DNA of 63,953 nt, filler included, from Octopus bimaculoides (Eukaryota), in the NCBI RefSeq assembly GCF_001194135.2. It is 10 parts of 10 records of this genome, joined end to end, with 100 filler letters (N's around TTAATTAATTAA, not from the genome) between each part and the next. Parts side by side here need not be neighbours in the genome. Positions count along the whole stretch, not along the records: positions 23,150 to 27,564 come from NC_068985.1; positions 27,665 to 32,530 come from NC_068982.1; positions 32,631 to 43,527 come from NC_068989.1; 7 more parts are not named here. The stretch is one strand, 5' to 3'. A model generated the notes under the pieces. That model ran no database searches. It had not been told where the DNA came from and saw only the letters and a program-made list of their open reading frames with translations. Positions 23,885 through 36,081 of this stretch are shown one piece after another (the first letter of the stretch is position 1; every line of letters begins with the position of its first letter). The position numbers were made by a program, and so were the translations under genes.

Positions 23885-26800
23885 TCTCTCTTTTACACAC
23901 ACATTGACTGGTAATATGCCATACGGTTTCACCGCTTTGTCCACAGATTCTGCACGTATCACTTTCTGCTGTGTTGTCTATTCTGTATCTTATGTAGTTT
24001 GTTCTTAGTGCTTGCACTTGGGCAACACAGATGAGTGCCTCCGTTTCCGGTTTTAAATCACTTTTAGTCATCCACAGCCATCTTTTTTCTCTGTCTGTCT
24101 TATCTTCAACATCCCTATGAAATTGACCATGCATTCTTTTCTTTACCCACCTATTTTCAGTTTCATTCGTTTTCAATTTCTTGTATAGTGCTTTATCTTT
24201 GCAATCTTTCATCCTACACAAGCCTGACCTTCCTACTTCTAATAATAGGGTTTCTGTGGCATTTTTTACATACCATGCTATGTTGTTTTCTTCTGCTCTA
24301 ATGCTTTGTTCGCATCCAATAGGTTCTCTTCCCCCTCTTTTTCTTGGTCCATATAGTATCATTTTTGGCACAAAAGTATCACTTTTTGGGTGGAGTGACC
24401 CATATCTAGTTAGCAACTTCCTTGTTTTTATGTCTAAGCAATTTAGTTCGTCTGCTTTCCATGCGATTACCCCTGATCCATATCTAAGGAGTGAAACCGC
24501 CCAGGTGTTGATAGCTTCGATCTTATTCCTTTCGTTTAATTTCGACTTAAGGATTAGTCTCAGTCTGCGTNNNNNNNNNNTCTTATTCCTTTCGTTTAAT
24601 TTCGACTTAAGGATTAGTCTCAGTCTGCGTAAGTACTCCACCTTAAATTTTTCTGTCATTTCTTTCTCCATTAATTTATCCATTTCGAAAATCCTCAAGT
24701 ACTTATAGCCCATCTCTTCTATCTGCTTCATAACTTCCCCCCGATGGTATCGTTAGTCCGTCCATACATTTGATTTTGCCTCTCTTCAATACCAATACAC
24801 CTCACTTTCACAGTCCAAACTCCATTCTGAGATCAGTACTGAAAGTATATACCGTATCAACGAGAGAACTGACTTGGGCTTCATCTTCACCATAAAGTTT
24901 GAGGTCATCCATGAATAACAAATGGTTGACTTTTTGTTGAATACATACCTAGCTTTTGCTTTCCTCAGAATCAGTGTTAGTGGTATCAAGCACGGTACAA
25001 AGATCAGTGGGGACAGGCAGTACCCTTGGAAGATGCCCCTCCTAATTTCTACTGTCCCTAAACTTCTTCCGTATGCTGTCAGGTCCGTCCTCCAATTCGC
25101 CATACTTTTTCCAAGTAATCGCTCAACATTCGATGCAATCCCAAACAGGTTCATACACTCCATAATCCAAGAATGTGGGATCATATCGAACGCCTTACGA
25201 AAGTCTATCCATGACATGGCTAAGTTACTTTTCCTCCTCTTGCAGTCTCTAAGTACAGTTTTGTCTACCAGGAGTTGATCCTTCGTACCTCTGCACTTAC
25301 GCTTGCAGCCCTTCTGCTCATGTGGCAGGACTCCATTTTTTTCTAAATGTTCGTACATTGACTCTGTGAGTATTCCAGTCAATAGTTTCCACATAAGTGG
25401 CAAACAGGATGTCCGCTTGTAATTGTCTACCATATAGCCTTTTTCGGTGTTTTCCAAGCACAGCACTGTCTTACCCAATGTCAACCACTCTGGTGTTGCT
25501 TGGTCGGCATTTAACAAGGTGTTGTGTTGCGCAGCTATTCGTGCATGACATTCACCAAATCTTTTAATCCAGTAGCCTTGAACTCCATCTGGTCCCGTGG
25601 CCTTCCAGTTGCTCATATGCTTGTTGATTTCTTTCACCTCCCTAACTGAAATGACTAGTTCTGCCTGCCTTGGACACATTACTGTTTGTTTCAGTTCTTG
25701 CAACCATTCAGCATCCTTCTTGTGCTCCTTGTCTTTGCTCCAGATGTTACTCCAAAACCTTTGATTTTCAAAGTTATCTGGTATCAACTTTTCATCTGTA
25801 CATCCTCCATCTACTTCTTTATAGAATCTCTTCTGATCTACTCTGAATAACCTATTCTTTGCAACGAGGTGCTGTTTCAGTTCCTCCACTACTACTTTCA
25901 GGCCCTTTCTTTCAATATTGTACTTCCTTTCCAACACCCTATATTTTTGTTCTCTTTTAAACTCCCCTTTCTCTTTTCAGTCTAACACAGAGATTTCCTT
26001 CGAGATCATGTCTAACCCTGCCTGGATTCCTCTTTTCCACCATGGATCTTTTCTTTTGTCACTCCCATTATGCTTCTTTTTCTTGACATCGACACTCACA
26101 TTTTCTGCTACAATACTTGCTGTCTTGATCAAATTATTTGTTTCTATGATGTTTATTCTGATGTATTTCAGAATTTCATTAAGATTTTTCGTTTCTTGCT
26201 TCAATTTTCATCGATCAACCTTTTTAAGGTTGCAAATATTCTCGCTATCGTTCTCCTGTAGTCTTACCTTTATTCTTTCAACCTTTTGTTCATCCTGACA
26301 TGTCGCTATTAGTTTTATCGTCTTCTTTCAGATCATCTATATGTCTCTCATCAAGTAACCTACCACTGCTCCTTTCCTGTGCTCTGAGATTACTCCTATT
26401 AGTAAGAACTGTGTTTTCATTCTTACCTATACTCCTATTGTCCATGACCCGTCTTTTGATAGCTTCGAGCTCTACTTCTGTGAACCAACATTTTTTTCTT
26501 ATTGCTCTAGCTTGATCACATAGTCTCTGTTCCGTGAGTTGAAACCATCCTTTTTCTCTCCAATGATCATACATACGTTGTCGGTAACCCCTAATTTGAG
26601 CACCATTTTCATCTACTCGGTTGCTCCATGACCACAGCATTAATTTGTTTGGTCCATCTACGCCATGTGTGGTGGTCCCTTTCTGGATATCGACAGGCTG
26701 GAACCGGACCAGAATCTCTGAGCCTACTGGGTGTAACACTGTCACCACTATTGGCTTCAGTTTCATTACCACCGTTATTCACAATATTTTGTTTTTTCAT

Positions 26801-26925
26801 TGTCATTCATATGAAATAGCGATTATCAGGTTGCGCAATTACCAATGCTTTTATTGTGACACCATCACTAGATGTATCATTATGAGCCCATAAGGAGACT
26901 CCTCCCGTTTCCTTTCATTATTATT
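23885..26925 (-). mobile_element. R4/Dong-clade non-LTR retrotransposon, frameshifted and 3'-truncated
   Basis: N-terminal RRWTKQIN...GYRQRM..W...TEQRLCDQARAIRK; RT motifs EQKG..R..RGTKDQLL, WIDFRKAFD, GIFQG..LSP, FMDD (about 24905-24916); CCHC knuckle CRICGQSGETVWHITSQC. The 5' end abuts a (TAA)n tract. Confidence 0.88.
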
Positions 26926-27144
26926 ATTATTATCACTGATATCACTGGTATTATTGTTTTTAAGTGTAGTAGTGGCAGTGGTTGTAGCAACAGCAACAGT
27001 AGCGGGGGTGGGGGTAGTGGTAAGCATGGTTGTTGGGCCTCAGATTCCTGTGCTATCATTATAGTAGTAGTTGTAGTATTGTTGTAGTATTAGTAGTATT
27101 TAGTATCAGTAGCTGCAGCATATTATCATTATTTTTATTTTTTT

Positions 27145-27564
27145 CTATTATTATTATTATTGTTCAGTATTTTTATTTTTATAACGTGCTTTCACTTCAC
27201 TACCGTGTATTGAAAGTGTTTTGCGTAGGATGTGTGAAGTACCCAGTAGTGCAGTTTTTTGTATGTTATATATATTTGTAAGTCCTGGTGTTTTTGTTAT
27301 GTATTTGTCTGAATATTTTTTTTTATTATACCTAAGGCATCTACTATGATAGGAATTGTTTCTGTTTTTAGATTCCACATTCGAGTTACCGCTAATTCCA
27401 GGTCTTTGTATTTTGAAAGTCTTTCCATTTCTTTTAGGGAAACGTTGTCATCTGCTGGTATTGATACATCAATTAGAAAACATTTTTTTTCTTCATGATC
27501 TTTGACAACTATATCTGGTCTATTGGCCTTAATTTCTCTATCTGTGTGTATTGGCATATCCCAG
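27145..27564 (-). mobile_element. 3' end of a second R4/Dong copy: REL endonuclease plus tail
   Basis: NRPDIVV.D.....LIDVSIP.D.....KE..R.SKY is a PD-(D/E)xK REL motif; ends actgaacaataataataa. Confidence 0.88.
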
Positions 27565-27739
27565 NNNNNNNNNNNNNNNNNNNNNNNNNNNNNNNNNNNN
27601 NNNNNNNNTTAATTAATTAANNNNNNNNNNNNNNNNNNNNNNNNNNNNNNNNNNNNNNNNNNNNGTCTTCACAAGTGGAATTTAGTGTCCAATGGAGGAA
27701 GAAAGGTACGCATAAGTGGACTGGCTGGGCCTTAGATTT

Positions 27740-28020
27740 AGGTCTCACTTGGCTTGCCGGGTCTTCTCGCGCACAGTATATTTCCAAAGGTCTCGGTCAG
27801 AAGTCATCGCCTCGGTGAGGCCCAATATTCGAAGGTCGTGCCTTACCACCTCATCCCAGGTCTTCCTGGGCCTACCTCTTACACAGGTTCCCTCAACTGC
27901 TAAGGTGTGGCACTTTTTCACACAGCTATCCTCATCCATTCTCGCTACATGACCATACCAGCACAGTCGTCTCTCTTGCACACTACAACTGATGCTTCGT
28001 AAGTTCAACTTTTCTTTACA
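27740..28020 (-). mobile_element. RTE C-terminal fragment
   Basis: VQERRLCWYGHVARMDEDSCVKKC...GRPRKTW. Confidence 0.85.
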
Positions 28021-28355
28021 TCATAAGGGTTTTTTCTTTTTAGTTGATTTTCACCTAGCAACACTTATCGTAGATGGCGTAATAAGTCACACCCGGACAA
28101 GGTCGGGTTATACTGCTAGTATATATATATATGTATATATGTATGTATGTATACACATATTGTAAGCATGTATGTAATGTAAGTATATACGTGCATATAG
28201 ATGTAAGTATATTTTTCTACTATAGGCACGAGGCCTAAAGATGTGTATATATTAATTTATTGGCATGTGTACATGTGTGTATATGTATGCGTAATATAAA
28301 TCTGTTGATTTATTTATACGCATGTATATGTATGCGTGCATAATATACACACGTT

Positions 28356-28844
28356 GGATCTATTCCATCTCAATCACAGATTTTTTAATTAATTTTTTTT
28401 TTTAACTAAACAGTTTGAAACTTCGAATGCTGGTAGAATTTCTCACGTAGAACACGGTTTACTCTGAACATTTTTGACAAAGTTTCGTATTTTAGAAATT
28501 ATTTCGTGTTAAAGTTGTCGTATTTGGGTAATTTCACCCAATCAACGACGTGTAGAAATTCGACCAATATTCGAAGTTTCAAACTGTTTAGTTAAAAAAA
28601 AAAAATTTTAATCTGTTAAATTCAAATTACAATAAACGTAAACAAACAAACGAAATTTGCTTTTAGAAGCGTTGAGATGTCCTTGGAAAGTTAAGAAGTG
28701 ATTTTAAATTCTCAATTGCAGGATAATGCTAATAATTATTAGCATTATCCTGCGATATTATAATATAGCCTGAACAGGATAAACTACTCCTATTTTGCAG
28801 AAAAAAGTGTAGGTGGTTAGCTGTGATTGAGATGGAATAGATCC
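28356..28844. mobile_element. MITE related to 13018-13598
   Basis: 24-bp TIRs ggatctattccatctcaatcacag / ctgtgattgagatggaatagatcc; shares tgttaaagttgtcgtattt...aatttca.ccaatca with the 13-kb copy; 36-bp perfect palindrome at 28718-28753. Confidence 0.8.
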
Positions 28845-29624
28845 CACATATCTCAACATGTTTATGTATACGTCATATAAATGATACGCGTATATGTTTG
28901 TGTAACAGAGTAATATATGTTGGTGTGCTTAAACGTGTATATATTTAGGTATATATATTAATGTGTTGATAGGTCACTATGTGTGTATATGTATGTGTAA
29001 TATAAATATATTTGTATGCCATTACGCATGTATATACAGCCGTTGGTTTATCTATACGTATGTATATGTACGTGTCCATGCATATATGTCGGTTTGCTTT
29101 AGCGTGTGTACGCACTTATAACAGGTTAAACTTTCATTAACAGCTTTTAATTATAATTTCCTAATTAATAATGTACTCTCTGGTCTTGTGAAACCCAGTT
29201 TTTCAAGATCGTTGTCGAGGTAATTAATTACATATCCTAACGTATTAATTATGATATAATTATTAAACTTTTAACTAAAGTTTCATAACAATCAACTTGG
29301 AATACATTCAATACCCTACCATCAAGTATCTGGCTATGGTATCTCAATGAATTTCACTATCGGGAAAAAAATTACCAAACACTAGTTTTGAGAATTAACA
29401 CAAACAGCTTTCCGAGAACTATTTCAGAGAGTTATGAAACAAACAACTCAAACAGTGACAGGATGCTGCCAACGAAATTTACTCAGAATCACATTAGAGA
29501 TATTTAAAGATTCTTCTTTCATGTTTTCCACAAATACTTTTTTATGGCCTTTCGAGAAATACAGATTTCGATTAAATACAGATTTCAATTTTAAAAAACA
29601 TAGAAAATATCGTTGTCTCCCTAC

Positions 29625-29715
29625 AGATTCTCCTCATCTGAAGAATTTATTAGTTTCTCTTGGTTATATCGCCTTTGCAAAAATGACATAGACAGTCGTC
29701 GTCGTCGTCGTCGAG
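29625..29715 (-). CDS. Candidate first coding exon, MSFLQRRYNQEKLINSSDEEN(L); unknown product
   Basis: Acceptor atgattttaccag, ATG at 29689, weak donor CT|gtaggg; lies about 640 bp downstream (minus strand) of the ETS motif cluster. No homology recognised. Confidence 0.2.
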
Positions 29716-29769
29716 CTGGTAAAATCATTAAAGCGTTGAAAAGAATACTTTGTTGTATTCGTTCCGGTT

Positions 29770-30641
29770 TCTCACGTTCTAAGTTCAAATACCGTTGAGG
29801 CCAACTTTGCCTTTTGTCCTTTCGGAATCAATGAAATTAAAATACCAGTTAAGTACCAATACTTAACTGGTATTTAATGGTATCGACTAAACCCTTCCTC
29901 TTCTAAAATATTGCTGTCCTTGTGCTCAAATTATTATTAAGGTGGCGAACTGGCAGAATTACAAGCACGCCACACAAAATGCTTAGTGGGATTAGATTTA
30001 CTTTATAGTAAAAATGTCGATTAAAAGGCATCCTATAATTTAACGAGCATTAGAGAAAGAGGGGCCACATCTTGTACGTAATAACAAGGAAATAGGAATT
30101 CGTGAGAGATTTGTAATAAATCGTATCATATTTATTACTGGAAGTAATGCGTTAACATATATGGCTAATTGAAGGAAAGCTTGTAACTTTACATGGACAT
30201 ATTCTTTTTTGCAATCACATGTCTCCAAGTAAGTGAGGTGAAGATATGTGCGTTCGGATGTGTGTGTGAGGGGATCGATTCAGTGTATGTCGAAGAATCA
30301 ACAGGCAATGAATGGAGCGAATTTAGAATGCTTCGCTTTACATAAGGGATGAACCGGAAGTCCCTGGCTTCCACGTCAACCGGAAGCTTCTAGAATGTCC
30401 GAGAACTTTCTAGACGGTCGAGGGAGATTACTCTCATTAAATTTCTTTTCCGTTTTGCTTTCCTGCCTGACCACCAGGGTTCACTACAATCTTTACGTTC
30501 TAAGTTCAAATTCTGCCGAGGTCGACTTTCATCCTTTCATTCTTTCAGGGTCGATAAAATAAATACCAGTTGAGCACTGGTGTTGATGCAATCGACTTAC
30601 CCCCTTTCCCGGAAATGCTGGCCTTATGGCAAAATTTGAAA

Positions 30642-30723
<82 letters not shown>

Positions 30724-31049
30724 GTGTTTGACTTTTGCTTTGTATTTGTACAAGTTGACTCCAAGACTCACCCAGAGACCTCAAGAGACAACAAGTTAGA
30801 AGTTGATGCTGGTGTTATGCCTAAGGTGCCATATATTTGGTTTTGTACATAGTATTGTTCTAGAGAATGTTTAAGAAAACATAAGAAAATTATGTTTGTT
30901 TTAAAATTTGAGATGTGAGAAATTTGAGGCTGACTTTGCCTTTCATCCTTTCAGGATCGGTAAATTAAATACCAGTCAAGTACTGGGGTTGATGTGATCG
31001 ACTAGTCCCCTCTCACCAAATTTCAGGCCTTGTGCCTATAGTATAAAGG

Positions 31050-31050
<1 letters not shown>
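29770..31050 (+). mobile_element. Cluster of SINE family C copies (about 29770-29990, 30490-30645, 30920-31050) with (ATT)n tails
   Basis: Repeated aagttcaaattc...gtcgactttgcc...taccagtt...ttgtgcctatag body. Confidence 0.75.
30340..30400. promoter_or_regulatory. Promoter-like ETS/CRE cluster
   Basis: CCGGAAGT (30354-30361), CACGTCA (30372-30378) and CCGGAAG (30380-30386) in a locally CpG-rich, non-repeat patch. Confidence 0.4.
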
Positions 31051-31093
<43 letters not shown>

Positions 31094-31099
31094 TAATTT

Positions 31100-31179
<80 letters not shown>

Positions 31180-31675
31180 CGCACTTATTTACCTCTTTCA
31201 TCTGCTACTCGTCTACTTTCACTTTCATTTACTTCTTCGCCCTTTCTTCCCTCTTCTCATCTCCATTGTTCTTCCAATTCTCTCTCTTTCTCTCTCTCTC
31301 TCTCTCCCCCCCCCCTCTCTCTCTCAATGCTAAACACCAGAATACCTCCTAATATCCTTCAATTATCCCACAGAATTCACCAAAGATACTAATTATTTCA
31401 TGACAGCATCTCCACACCCTGATGCAGGGATTGTCTTATAGAATTTAAGGCTTGCATTGTATCATAGCTGCTTGGTCACAGTGTATGTTGTAAAGAATGG
31501 TCTAATAGTTACAATAAGCACTTGTCCAGGATCTAGGGTCCCAATGCAAAATTATTTATGTTGTCGTGTATATTGGGAACTTCTGTACATTACGTTGCTC
31601 CGAGGGCCTACAATTCTGTTAAAACGACCTTGCCAATATAGTCTGTAACGTGGACATTTGCTTTCCTACTGCGAC

Positions 31676-31978
31676 GTTCAAAAAGTCTCTCCGCACAGAG
31701 TTTTTTCATCCTGACTCTCCAAGAGTCAGACTCTCCAAGAGTCAGACTCTCCAAGAGTCAGACTCTCCAAGAGTCAGACTCTCCAAGATGTATTTAAAAA
31801 CATGTGTAGACGAGCCAACTTTTGTATTGAAGATGAAGGACGACACTTTCAACACCTCTTATAAAGTTTTTTAAAGTCTTGTAAAGTTTAATATATTCTT
31901 TTGTAGACTTATACCATCTTATAAATATATATTTTGCAATAAAATACTTACTGCGGAGAGACTTTTTGAACACCCTAT
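31676..31978. mobile_element. Tc1/mariner-type MITE
   Basis: TIR gttcaaaaagtctctccgca / tgcggagagactttttgaac; right end caccctata ends in TA. Confidence 0.7.
31713..31788. repeat. Perfect 16-bp tandem repeat (gactctccaagagtca) x4.75
   Basis: Read directly; each unit contains the inverted pair GACTC/GAGTC. Confidence 0.95.
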
Positions 31979-32028
31979 ATAAAAAAATATATACGGGCGT
32001 CTATAAGGAAAGAAAATAAGGAGAAAGG

Positions 32029-32060
<32 letters not shown>

Positions 32061-32496
32061 TGGGGGACTAAAAGATAGTGAGAGGGGGGAATATTTTAGC
32101 AATAAAACGAAATGAGGTGTGGCAAAGAGGTGGGGGGAGTAAAATATAAAGACTGTGAAGAAAGATGAAATGTGATAAAAAGAAACGGAAAAGAAAAATT
32201 AAAGGTATGTTTGCATACATACATATACATATACAAACACATACATATACACACACACTATATATACACACATTGTGTGTATGTGTGTGTGTGTGTGTAT
32301 CAAGTAACAAGAGGTTGTAATCTTATATAGTCTAACGTCTTGTCTATAACGCCAAGCATACAAGATCTTCTATTTTGGGACATAGTACTCTCCCCTCTCC
32401 AACTGTAACTCTCTAGAATAATTGTGTCAAGATAATAAAGCGAACGTTTACAGGCAGAGGTGTATACACACACACACACACACACACATACATACA

Positions 32497-32530
<34 letters not shown>

Positions 32531-32630
32531 NNNNNNNNNNNNNNNNNNNNNNNNNNNNNNNNNNNNNNNNNNNNTTAATTAATTAANNNNNNNNNNNNNN
32601 NNNNNNNNNNNNNNNNNNNNNNNNNNNNNN

Positions 32631-32960
32631 AAATGCTTCAAGTAACTTGTCTCTAAGTCTCTGTCCATTTGCAGGGTCTTTAAGTTTCCATACCCTTCTC
32701 CTCCAAGCCGGTCTACTTCTGGGCACCCATATTGCCTTGATCTCGAAGTCGCTAACTTCTAATCTGTGTTGGGGTGTACATTCTTCGCCAGGGAGGGTTT
32801 TGGCATTTATAAGCCTCCCTCTTTCTCTAGTTCTGGCGAGGATGTAGTCGATTTGGCTAGAGTGTCTGCCGGATTGGTAGGTGACTAGGTGACAGGCAGG
32901 TTTCCTGAAGTTGGTATTGCAAACCATAAGATCGGTTGCATCATATACAAATATATATAT
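32631..32960 (-). mobile_element. RTE LINE AP-endonuclease region fragment
   Basis: LMVCNTNFRKPACHLVTYQSGRHSSQIDYIL...QHRL matches the APE C-terminal motifs of RTE elements. Confidence 0.8.
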
Positions 32961-33619
32961 ATACACACACACTGTCAGCAGATCATATATCTGAAAAAGA
33001 AGCACACTCTAAATCTTAGAGTTGTAATGTATTTATAGGAAGTTAATTATATAACCCGTCAATGTTCCTTGGAATTACCATTATGGGATGCAGTCTTTTT
33101 GTAAATTATTCAGTACTTTTTTGTTATCTCATCCCCATTAAAAAATTGGCTTATCTCCNNNNNNNNNNCCCCCCGCTTTATGAGAAATATCGGTACTTTG
33201 GGATATCTCCTTCAATTAAAAAAATTGTTCAACCCTCATTAAAAAAAAAGAAAAAAAAAAAGAAATAGTGAAAAAATTAATAAACATAAAAAGCGAAAAG
33301 ATGAAACATCATTTTGAATCTGGTAATATTTTTATGACAAATCATACAAAACTGAAAAAATTGATAAACATAAAAACGGAAAAAATTAATAAACATGAAA
33401 ACTGAAAAAAATGAAGCATTTTACTGAATTTGATAATATTTTTTATAACAAATTATACCATGCCTATTGAGGAGGCCAAACATCAACAATATGTTGAAGT
33501 GTTGAATCAAAAGGATCTACCTGTTTTAATCCAATCTCTTGTCGCTACATTAACTCGATTTTTTTAATGGGGATGAGATAACCAAAAAACACCAATTATT
33601 CTTTTCTGCTCTAAGCACA

Positions 33620-33845
33620 AGGACTGAAATTTTTGGGAGGGGCCCAGTTGATTAGACTGAGGGGCCCAGTTGATTAGATTGAGGGGCCCAGTTGATTAGT
33701 ATGCAACTGGTACTTAATTTATCACTCCCGAAAGAATGAAAGGTAAAGTTGACCTTGGTGGAATTTGAACTTAGAACGTAATAGATAAAATACTGCTAAC
33801 CATTTCGCCCGGCATGCTAACGTTTCTGCCAGCTCGCCACTTTCT
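33620..33845 (-). mobile_element. SINE family C with an internal 22-bp triplication
   Basis: gaggggcccagttgattaga(c/t)t x3 at about 33637-33700. Confidence 0.75.
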
Positions 33846-34077
33846 TTTTGTAAATTATTAATAAATAATAATTGATGCAAATCAATTGTTGTTCATCAAT
33901 ATTTCTCCATTTTCTGTTTTCTTAAAATTTTTGATTCCTGATAAACTCCTATCCTTGTCTTTACCTATAACCTATGAGCATAACATTTTTGCCCAATGTT
34001 TAAATATAAGTAATACACCAGTAGTATTTTGGATACTTTTATCCCTTAGATGGTTATTTTAACCTCTAACTCAACTA

Positions 34078-34116
<39 letters not shown>

Positions 34117-35189
34117 ATATACATTATGGTTGGTCTACATTATTCTGTTAAAAAAAAATCATAGGGCCGGTTTTCCGGCATATATATTCCTCCCTGGGTG
34201 AGACGCTGGTCTGTCACAATATGACTCTTTGTTACCAATTTGAAATGATGTATTTTGCTCAAGAACACAACGTATTGCCCTGTCCAGGAATTGAAACCAG
34301 AATCTTATGATTGTGACTCCAACACCCTAACTGCTAAGCCATGCACCTTATATATACATATATGTACATATGCACATATGCACCTTATATATACATATAT
34401 GTACATATATATATTTTTCTTATTTAGTTTCGGTTCGAGGACTGCAGCTATGCTGGGGCACTAATTTATTATTTCTTTTACACATTTTTTACCATTCTGG
34501 CATGGACAAATATATTATTATTATTAATATTTTTTAACTAATAGATGCTCTTCCTGTCACTGATCCTTGCCCGTGTTTCAAGTAAGGGATCTCTCTTATT
34601 TAACACATCTTTGAAGGCAGCAGACAATTTGTTTACAATGTAAATGACAACGTCATTGCTTGAAACCCGACAGTTCTGAGAGATGTACATACATAAACAA
34701 ACACACATACACTCACACATGCACGTGTGTATGCACACATGCATGTACATGTGCACACACGTGCACCCACACATGTGTGGCTGATAATTTAAACCTGAAA
34801 GAGATGGGTTTCTGTTAGAGGCCTGTGAAACTTTAAGTCACATGGAGCCAAATAAACTTTTAAATAATACACATAACACCTACTAAATGTGTTGAGTGGC
34901 TTTTTCTTTAGTTTGACAATGGATCATAGGACATTACTCTTAGGTGGCAGCTTTTGAATGTTTATCTCCCTTGGATTTGTCTTTTGGGCAAACTGTTGTG
35001 TGGTCAATTTGTTTGCATTATTTTGTTTTTGTTCTGTGTGTAGTGTTCTTATACTTGTGTGTCATTGGGGCATATTTCTTCTGTGTGTAAACTTTGTGTG
35101 CTATGTGTGTTCAGATTTCACATTCAGGAAAAGGGCTATCCTAGTGAGATTACTGTCACAGATGGTGCCGCTTCTTTGAAGTATTTGAA

Positions 35190-35545
35190 TGTAAAATATT
35201 GCTTGTGTATGCAGGGAGAGAAGGTTTCATTCTTGATGTTTAGTATGTTGATTGTATAATGTTTAGTTTTTTTAGTAATACAGAGTTCACATTTGGTACC
35301 CCATTCTCTGTATTTTTTGGCTTTAGCAATAATTTTCCATTCTATTTGGGGGTTACTTATTCTACCTTCTTTCAATGTCCATGTCATATTTGACAGGGAT
35401 GTTGTATTTAAAAAAAATTTTGTCTCTGAATGACGCCAGGTGTTGTGTATACCTTTCCTTGAATGAGTTGCCTATCATTCCGACATACATCTTTGTTACT
35501 CCACTGGGGTCCATGATCTTGGCTTTGTTTATGAGCTCTTTCTCT
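35190..35545 (-). mobile_element. Penelope-like element GIY-YIG endonuclease remnant
   Basis: KMYVGMIGNSFKERYTQHLASFR...WKIIAKAK.Y....CELC...LNIKNE...CIH. Confidence 0.75.
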
Positions 35546-35690
35546 CCATCTACCAAATCCACTCACAAGGCTTTGGTTGGCCCAATGCTATAGTAAAAGA
35601 CACTTGCTCAAGGTGCCATGCAGTGGAACTGAACCTGGAACCATGTGGTTGGGAAGCAAGCTTCTTACCACACAGCCACACCTGTGCCTA
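35545..35690 (-). mobile_element. SINE family B head
   Basis: ctaccaaatccactcacaaggc...ccacacagccac. Confidence 0.75.
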
Positions 35691-36081
35691 AAATTTCATT
35701 AGGATTTATGCTTCAAAATCCAACTTGATGACAATAGTGTTATAATTCAATAAATTCTTCAATACTTTCAAAATTATTTGAAACACAGGCAGTGAATTTC
35801 AACAGAAATATGGTAACAAAGGTACTAAATCTGTTTACCCCTGACTTAATTATGTGTTTTTCATGCAAAACATGACTTTAGATTATTTCAGAACTATGTC
35901 ATTCTTTTTAGAAGAAATATTTTGGTTGAATCTGAAAAAAAAAAAAAGGTTTTCCAGATGACACCACTGGATTTTCTGGTATACCAGTGATTTGTTCCAA
36001 CACATCAAAACTGCTGAGATTTCACTTATGCAATTGTAGAATTTTGTAAATTTTGTTCTTCATATTATCTAATGTTAAGAT

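Noticed and set aside
24521-24630. 50-bp direct duplication inside the Dong ORF
   Set aside because: Identical sequence on both sides of a 10-N gap: an unmerged contig overlap.
31713-31788. CRISPR-like palindromic repeat array
   Set aside because: No spacers, 16-bp units, eukaryotic context and no cas genes.
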